NCBI RefSeq assembly: GCF_009914755.1
Contig: NC_060930.1
Length of the DNA stretch: 64,000 nucleotides
DNA from: the human T2T-CHM13v2.0 reference genome, Homo sapiens
Reading direction: 5' to 3' (one strand)
Within the stretch, counting starts at the first letter, position 1. The number at the start of each line of letters is the position of its first letter. Positions 56,471-64,000 of the stretch are shown piece by piece. The position numbers were made by a program, and so were the translations under genes. Below the pieces are notes generated by a model. It made no database searches. It was not told the origin of the DNA and was given only the letters and a program-made list of their open reading frames with translations.

Positions 56471-57157
56471 AAAACGTGCAACGCCACTGAAAGCGGTAAC
56501 GCAGGCTGAATTCTCCCCACATGTACACATTTCTCTAGCGTCCTTCCCTGAGGATGTTTACAGAGGGAATGGGACCAGATGCTTAGGAGCTGGTGGAAGG
56601 AGAAGATAGGAAAAGACACATCCCTGAGCCTGAGGGAGGGCTGGGAAGGAAAGACCCAGGGGGGATTTGGGGAACAGGAAAATTAAGGTTTGCCTTTGGG
56701 GATGCTCTGGAGAGCTGGAGAGAGCGGGCTGGGCATTGCGGCCCCCCACTTGGCCACGCAGAAGTGCCAGCCATGGCTCACATTCGCCAGGGCCAAACAC
56801 TGGCTGCCTCATAGCAGCCTAAATTGTAGGGGTTAAACCTACTCTTTTACAGACGAGAAAACCTTCCAAGGTCTCTGTGCTTGGAAGTGGCAGAGCTGGG
56901 ATGTAAACCTACATCTTTGTCTCCATAACCCATGTTTCTCCCCCAAATACCAAAGTATCAAAATTCTTGGGGCCTTGAATTCCTATTTACACTTGGCTGG
57001 AAGTCAGGCGTAGGAGAATGTGGGCAGAGATGGTCAAGGGCTCTGGAGAGTGGGGTGAGGTTGATGGCAAATGGTGTGGTGCCTTGGATATGGCGAGGAC
57101 AAGAAGCCGGCTCTCGGAGACATATCCAAGTCCACTTCATGTTCTGCGCTGCTGAGA

Positions 57158-57333
57158 GCAGGTGTTTCTTGCTCACAGTTTAGAGATGTATGTGCTTCTC
57201 AGAGCCCTGCTGATGTCGACCTGTGGGATCTGTAGATGGCTTTAGGGCAGGTGTTTCTTGCTCACAGTTTAGAGATGTATGCACTCCTCAGGGCCCTGCT
57301 GATGTCGACCTGTGGGGTCTGTAGACGGCTTTA
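57158..57333. repeat. Tandem duplication, 90-bp period, 2 copies
   Basis: GCAGGTGTTTCTTGCTCACAGTTTAGAGATGTATG...GTCGACCTGTGGG.TCTGTAGA.GGCTTTA twice. Confidence 0.9.
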
Positions 57334-58175
57334 TGCTCAGGGAGTGCCCTGCTGCCCCGGTGTTCAAGGAAGGCACAGTAAAGGGCAGGGTTCACACTAC
57401 ATAACAAGCCCTTCATGTCCTTCGTCCTGGGATTGGGGGCCAGCTCCACGTGTCTCCTGAAAGACAGAGTTGGTTCTTATTTCTTCTGTAGGGATTTTCT
57501 TTTTGTTTCTTTCTTTTCTTCCTCACCACCCTCCCCCCCGCCCCCACAAAGATTTGAAGCCTAACATTGCTGGGGGCAGGATTAGAGGTTGAAAACAAAG
57601 GCCTTTTTGCCAAGAGAGGGTGTTTGCAACCCATTCTCCAGTATTTGGAAATAGCTTCAGGTTTTTAATCTCATCTCTCCTCTGTAACTGTGCACCCTGA
57701 CCAAGAGCTGGTTCCTGGCATGAGTACAAAGTGGGTTAAGATATTGTAAGCTGAACCTACATGCAAGATTTTTTAATATTACAATATTCAAAGAATCTTC
57801 ATATATAGCTTGGTTGGAGTTACGTGTTTGAAGGAAGCTACAGGTTTTGAGTTACAGAAGAGGGATAGACACAGCCCATGTGTAGTAGCTGGTGCCCATC
57901 TTGAGACCCCCAGCCTATCCCTGCCTTCTAAAGTAGGGACCAGGCCTCATACACTGCAGCCATCGGCCTGTTCCGACAGAGTGGACATCTTCCTGTTCCA
58001 CCTGACACAGCTGTGTCTGGCGTAGAAGGAGTCCTTTCCCATTGCATGGGGAAGAAGACATCTGTTTCTTCCCATTTATTTCCTAACAAGCTCTGTAACA
58101 TGCAAATTTATAATTTGGTTTTAATTACTAAAGTCTGTGTGATACCTGTGACAGGCAGCAGTAGGTCAGTGGCCT

Positions 58176-58284
58176 TCTCTAGGAATTGCCTCTCTGCGGT
58201 CTGAATTTCCTCCCCGCTCTAAAATTTCCTCTCTGCGGTCTGAATTTCCTCCCTGCTCTAGGAATTTCCTCTCTGTGGTCTGAA
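58176..58284. repeat. ~40-bp tandem repeat, ~2.7 copies
   Basis: CTCTA..AATTTCCTCTCTGCGGTCTGAATTTCCTCCC.G repeated. Confidence 0.85.
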
Positions 58285-59064
58285 CATGACTATGCGTCCA
58301 TCTTCACTGTGGATGCTCATCCCAGAGATTTCTAAATCTGGGTTTGGGGAAGGCCCTGTTATAAATGATGGATGATCTTGGAGTCGCATGAATCTCAGTA
58401 CATGATATACATTTATTTAACTATGACTTCTGCATTTTTCTGCAAGGCCTAAAGTCTTGTCCTCCATCTGAAATGGTGGAACTCCATGTTTGTAGTAGTA
58501 TCCTAAATGACTTCAGAAAAAAATACACTTCATAAGCCAAAGCTAACTGAATTTTTAATTTTTCACATGAATTTCCCTGGCACTAAGTTAAGGACCCTAC
58601 ATAGCTGAGGGACTTGAAAGGATCACCCAGAATAATTAAATTCCCAAATCCTGAGATCAACGAGGCAGCTGCGTTTGGTCTCCAATGTCTCTGAAGCACT
58701 TCCTGGTAGAAATCATTCAGGGCCAGTGTGCAGTGGCTTGGCTTGACCTGGAGAGCCTGTGCCTTGGAGAGAATCCAGCTTGCTGTTTGTCTCCACCTCA
58801 AAACGGCTTTTTCTTTAGCCTTCGTAGGTCTTTTCTTGAAAAGTGAAAGTTATTAAAGTAAAATATTTCAATACCATTGAAAGAAATGTGAAAGAAATTT
58901 AAAAGAAAATGTAAAAACAAACAACCTTAAGGAGAAGTAGGAAATGCACCGAAAATTGAGGCCTCTTTCTAGATGGCCATGAAAACAATGAGAGGTGGTC
59001 ACTTCAGCAATCAAGCCACAATATCAAATATAAATCTGAATTTTATCTGTTTAAAATACTTGTA

Positions 59065-59225
59065 GGCAGGGAGTGGTGGCTCTTGCTTGTAATCCCAGCA
59101 CTGTGGGAGGCTAAGGCAGGGGGATCACTTGAGCCCAGGAGTTTGAGACTGGCCTGTGCAACAAAAGTGAGACCCCCCACCATCTCTACAAAAAATAAAA
59201 ATTTAAAAATTTAAAACAATTAAAA
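59065..59225 (+). mobile_element. Alu monomer (FLAM-like)
   Basis: Left-arm only, followed by an A-rich tail; TSD-like AAAATACTTGT / AAAAACTTGT. Confidence 0.85.
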
Positions 59226-60044
59226 ACTTGTGAATTTTTTTCAGAGAAAAATGTTAAATTTACTCTGTAACACGTAAATTTATAGCACCTTTTATAGTAT
59301 CGAGGACATTTATTTTACATCCATGATGACATAAAATAGTAATTTGATACAGCCAACACAGGATTTGTAAAATTTTCAATAAAAGATTCAGATTGAATTC
59401 TGAAAGTGTTCAACTGATACTAAATTTAAAAACATAATAATAAATAAAATGTTAAAGAAAAAGACCACAGGGTGTAGGTTTAGTCTGACAAGCCGCTTCA
59501 GGCCGGCTTGGGAAGAGTGGGAGGTCCCTGCGTCTGCCAGGGCCCGGACTGGAAGTCAGGTTCCCCTGCGTCCCGCCCTGGCCCTTCCCTGGGTGATGAC
59601 TCCAGAGGCCCTTGGGGCTGAAGCTCCCATCTGGGCCCAGCCTTTCCTCTGCTTCACTTTTCTTTTTAAAGTTGGACTTTATGTTGAGTTATTCACAACT
59701 ATTCTGATAGACAATATTCTGGTGTAACTTTTTCTATTCAGGAAAAATATTTATTACTTTTAACCTCAGGAAAAAGTACTTTCTGGTGTCTAATGCTTGT
59801 GTTTTTTATAATCTGCTCCTCTGTTATACTTTAGTGTACATTTAATTTGGCGGCTAATTTGTACTGGAGCCTCACATGAGTTGAGAACAGTATCCTGTAA
59901 AATGGCCCTTTGTTGCACCTCATCTACAAGTGACTTTTCGCTCCTGTTTTCTAATAGTTAATAAAATGCTCCCAAAGAAATCAAGAGGTCTTTGGAAGTA
60001 AATGGCCCCAATTTGTATAGGTCTATTTAAAGAATAATGGCTGA

Positions 60045-60370
<326 letters not shown>

Positions 60371-60872
60371 TCCAGAGATATTTTATGTACATAAAAACAA
60401 GTATATTATTTTTTCTTCTAATTATTTTTTGGACAAATGCTAATTATTTTACAGCACCTTTTTTCACTATATGCAGCTACAACAGTTAAATGTTGCAAAG
60501 ATTTATGAAACTATTAAAATGTTGTGTGGCCCTTTAGCAAGAGTGATACAGCTGTACTCAGACATTTTTCTCCTGCCATTGAATCAGGGTCTCAAATCAG
60601 AAATCAGTAAATTCAGAACATTCCTTTTATCAGATGCACCTCAAATCAGGAATCCCAACTGTTTAAAGGCAGAATCACTAGGATAGAAAAAGACCCACGA
60701 AGCATAAAAGCCGGTGCCACAAAGTCCACCGAAACCCTCCTCCAAGTCCATAAATAACATAAAGGATCACTGAGCAAAAACAAATGGATTGCATTTGGTT
60801 TCTTCATCCACAGAAACACCGAAGTGGCAAAACTGAGGTTGAGCTGGAGGTGAGGATGTCAGGAGAGAGGCA

Positions 60873-61077
60873 GCGCCGCCGGGGGAAGATGGGAGGGAGA
60901 CCAATGCGCAGTGACAGTGATCCTGGGGACACGTGAGGAATAACGCAGCAGTGATGCAGCTTCACGGCACAGGGGCGCCGCCGGGGGAAGATGGGAGGGA
61001 GACGCATGAGCAGTGACAGGGATCCTGGGGACACGTGAGGAATAACGCAGCAGCCATGCAGCTTCACGGCACAGGGG
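60873..61077. repeat. Tandem duplication, 102-bp period, 2 copies
   Basis: GCGCCGCCGGGG..GATCCTGGGGACACGTGAGGAATAACGCAGCAG..ATGCAGCTTCACGGCACAGGGG twice; 34-aa repeat in ORF 60804..61304. Confidence 0.9.
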
Positions 61078-62225
61078 CCCGGCCGTTCTCTCTGGATTCT
61101 GGCTCGAATTTTCACACGTGCCAACCTCACTCGGAGGGCCTGATGGGCCCAGGCTGTGCCGGCTCCTGGAGTTTCTGGCCTGGCAGGTCTGTCGTGTGGC
61201 CAAAGTTTGCTTTCTGCCGAGTTTCCAGGCAGCGCTGGTGCTCGTGGCTGGCCCCACACTCCAAGCCCTGGGTTGAGGTGAGGGGCCTCACTCCAGAGGA
61301 ACACAGGCCCACAGGGCAGCCATCCATGACCATCTCAACACGGGATCCTAGGATGGTCAAGGGGCCAGTGGGGGAGCCTGTGGCTGCCAGGGCCCCTCCT
61401 GATCCCGGGTGAGGGACGTCTTGCCTGCTTGGGGTCCTGGCCTGGCCATGCAGCTCAAGGCTGAGACAAAGAAGGAATACTTGGGAGCAGTGCCTTCAGA
61501 GGCTGACAGGAGCTGGCGGATAAGGAGGTGGTTGGGTCCCAGGGCACGGTGCCTGTGACTCTGAATGTCCCGCATGGGCCAGGGGGTGAAGCTCAGCCTC
61601 ACGGTGACCCAGGGCCTCCCTGGGATGAGGCAGGAAGGAGGTCCTACCACTTCCAGTCATGTTATCTTGAGGATTATTTGACCATGGGCACTCAGGAAAA
61701 TAGAAAATAGGTGATATTCCTCCTGTGCAAATTGCTTCTCCACTAAGCCTCCCCCGGACTCAGTGTGGAGAGAGGGGAGATGAGGTGGGAGGAGCTAAGG
61801 GCAGTGTGGACCTGGGCTGTGCCACCCCCTGGGGGTACTGTGGACCTGGGCCGTGCCGTCCCTGCTCCAGAATGTCCCCAACAAGGAGTGCGTGCAAGTC
61901 CTGCTTGGCCCCAACCTGTGGCCACGGTGAGGCTCAGGGATGGGACCCGGTGAAGTCGGATAGAGCAGAGGCATTCCCTGAGTTCTGGCAGCAGGACTAC
62001 AGAGGACAGGTGTTGTGTGTGTCTGAAGCCTAGGGTATACACCCTGGCAGGGTCGGGGCAGCAGGGTCGGGGCTCCTGCCAGTGTCAGGACAAGAGTGAA
62101 AATGAAGGTGGCAGCTCTCAGGGTACAGGGGAGACAAGCCCGTGGTCACCTCCCTCGGCCGGCCAGTGCCGGGATTCTGGCTCATGCCAAGGAGACCCCG
62201 ACTGGTCCAAAGGCCTTGTCTATTT

Positions 62226-62690
62226 CTTAGCTGTAAGCCGGTCCTATCTAGGGAGAGCAGTGTTCATCCTAATACAGCAGTCTGCAGGCTTGAGAAGCAC
62301 TTGCTTAGCTGAAAGCCGGTCCTATTTAGAGAGAGCAGTGTCTGTCCTAATACAGCAGTCTGCAGGCTGTGAGAAGACTTGCTTAGCTGAAAGCCGGTCC
62401 TATTTAGAGAGAGCAGCGTCTGTCCTAATACAGCACTCTGCAGGCTGTGAGAAGACTTGCTTAACTGAAAGCTGGTCCTATTTAGGGAGAGCAGCGTCTA
62501 TCCTAATACAGCACTCTGCAGGCTGTGAGAAGACTTGCTTAGCTGAAAGCTGGTCCTATTTAGGGAGAGCAGTGTCTGTCCTAATACAGCACTCTGCAGG
62601 CTGTGAGAAGACTTGCTTAGCTGAAAGCTGGTCCTATTTAGGGAGAGCAGCGTCTATCCTAATACAGTGCTCTGCAGGATGTAAGAAGCA
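62226..62690. repeat. Minisatellite, 78-bp unit, 6 copies
   Basis: Unit CTTAGCTGAAAGCTGGTCCTATTTAGGGAGAGCAGCGTCTATCCTAATACAGCACTCTGCAGGCTGTGAGAAGACTTG; 26-aa periodicity in ORF 62017..63018. Confidence 0.95.
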
Positions 62691-63051
62691 CGTTCTGTTC
62701 TTCGCTAGGACTCACCCCAGGAGGCCGAGTGGCTGGTTGGCTTCTCACAGGCCTGGAGCCCCTAAGAACACAGGACCGCTGCTGCCCTGGGGCCGAGAGA
62801 CATATGCCCTCGGTCCTCTGGCAGGACACCCTCCCTGCCACGGCCAGTCTTGCAGTCTAAGGAGTGCAGAGGAGTCTCAGGTGGCTGGAGCCCACAGGGT
62901 GGATGGATGCAGTTCTGTCAGCACGAAGGGGAAAGGGCCTGGCCTGGAGTTCACCTCCCCTGCCCTCGGAGGGGCACCTGGGGACAGTTTCTCAGCCCTC
63001 CCAAGCCCACCTGTGTGACATGGCAGGGAAGCCCAGAGGCACTTCCTCACC

Positions 63052-63951
63052 CTGGAATCTGGGGAGTGGGGTGAGCTCTGCTGGAATCTGGCAGAGTGGG
63101 GTGAGCTCTGCTGGAATCTGGGGGAATGGGGTGACCACTGCTGGAATGTGGGGGAGTGAGGTGACTGACCCCTGCTGGGATGTGGGGGAGTGGGGTGACC
63201 GCTGCTGTAATCTGGGGAGTAGGGTGACCGCTGCTGGAATCTGGGGTGTGGGGTGACCCCTGCTGGAATCTGGGGGAGTGGGGTGACCCCTGCTGGAATC
63301 TGGGGAGTGGGGTGACCGCTGCTGGAATCTGGGGGAGCGGGGTGGCCCCTGCTGGAATCTGGGGCAGTGGGGTGACCCCTGCTGGAATGTGGGGGAGTGG
63401 GGTGACCCCTGCTGGAATGTGGGGGAGTGGGGTGACCGCTGCTGGAATGTGGGGAGTGGGGTGACCCCTGCTGGAATGTGGGGAGTGGGGTGACCCCTGC
63501 TGGCATGTAGGGGAGTGGGGTGACCGCTGCTGGAATGTGGGGGAGTGGGGTGACCGCTGCTGGAATGTGGGGGAGTGCGGTGACCGCTGCTGGAATGTGG
63601 GGGAGTGGGGTGACCGCTGCTGGAATGTGGGGGAGTGGGGTGACCGCTGCTGGAATGTGGGGGAGTGGGGTGACCCCTGCTGGAATCTGGGGAGCAGAGT
63701 GACCCCCTGCTGGAATCTGGGGGAGTGGGGTGACCGCTGCTGGAATGTGGGGGAGTGGGGTGACCGCTGCTGGAATATGGTGGAGTGGGGTGACCGCTGC
63801 TGGAATGTGAGGGGGAGTGGGGTGACCGCTACTGGAATGTGGGGGAGTGGGGTGACCCCTGCTGGAATCTGGGGAGCAGAGCGACCCCTGCTGGAATCTG
63901 GGGGAGTGGGGTGACCCCTGCTGGAATCTGGGGGAGTGGGGTGACCCCTGC
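63052..63951. repeat. G-rich minisatellite, ~30-bp unit, ~30 copies
   Basis: Unit CTGCTGGAAT(G/C)TGGGGGAGTGGGGTGACC(G/C); strong G skew on the + strand. Confidence 0.96.
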
Positions 63952-64000
63952 AGAAGCAGGTGTTTTGGTGCAGATAAAAAGGCCCTTTAGAGGAGAGGGC

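Noticed and set aside
62017-63018. 333-aa ORF, the longest in the window
   Set aside because: Non-ATG start, and its length comes from a stop-free 78-bp repeat plus GC-rich flanks; no recognisable domain.

Overview
Human genomic DNA (it carries an AluYb8, a human-specific subfamily) from inside the SMOC2 gene on the + strand. Three coding exons with canonical AG/GT boundaries splice in frame: 35005-35176 (follistatin/Kazal-like domain), 51446-51552 and 52728-52827 (together the first thyroglobulin type-1 domain). From recalled gene structure these are exons 2-4; exon 1 and exon 5 onward are not in the window. The rest is intron. It holds a near-full-length ancient sense-strand L1, 13 Alu elements, a THE1 LTR nested in a Tigger element, MER1A/MER3/MLT1/MIR relics, six large minisatellites (units of 75, 49, 80, 39, 78 and ~30 bp) and many short tandem duplications. 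I found no new protein-coding system, RNA gene or CRISPR array. The best leads are: (i) minisatellites whose unit variants switch transcription-factor motifs on and off, notably perfect SRF CArG boxes ~400 bp from an array of TEAD/MCAT and SREBP-like motifs; (ii) a templated insertion in an Alu that copies a MER1A 1.8 kb away; (iii) a frame-symmetric 207-nt exon 3-4 module flanked by inverted Alus; (iv) a young AluYb8 nested at the tail end of an older Alu. Repeat-family names come from recognising consensus sequences by eye, and all functional claims are hypotheses.
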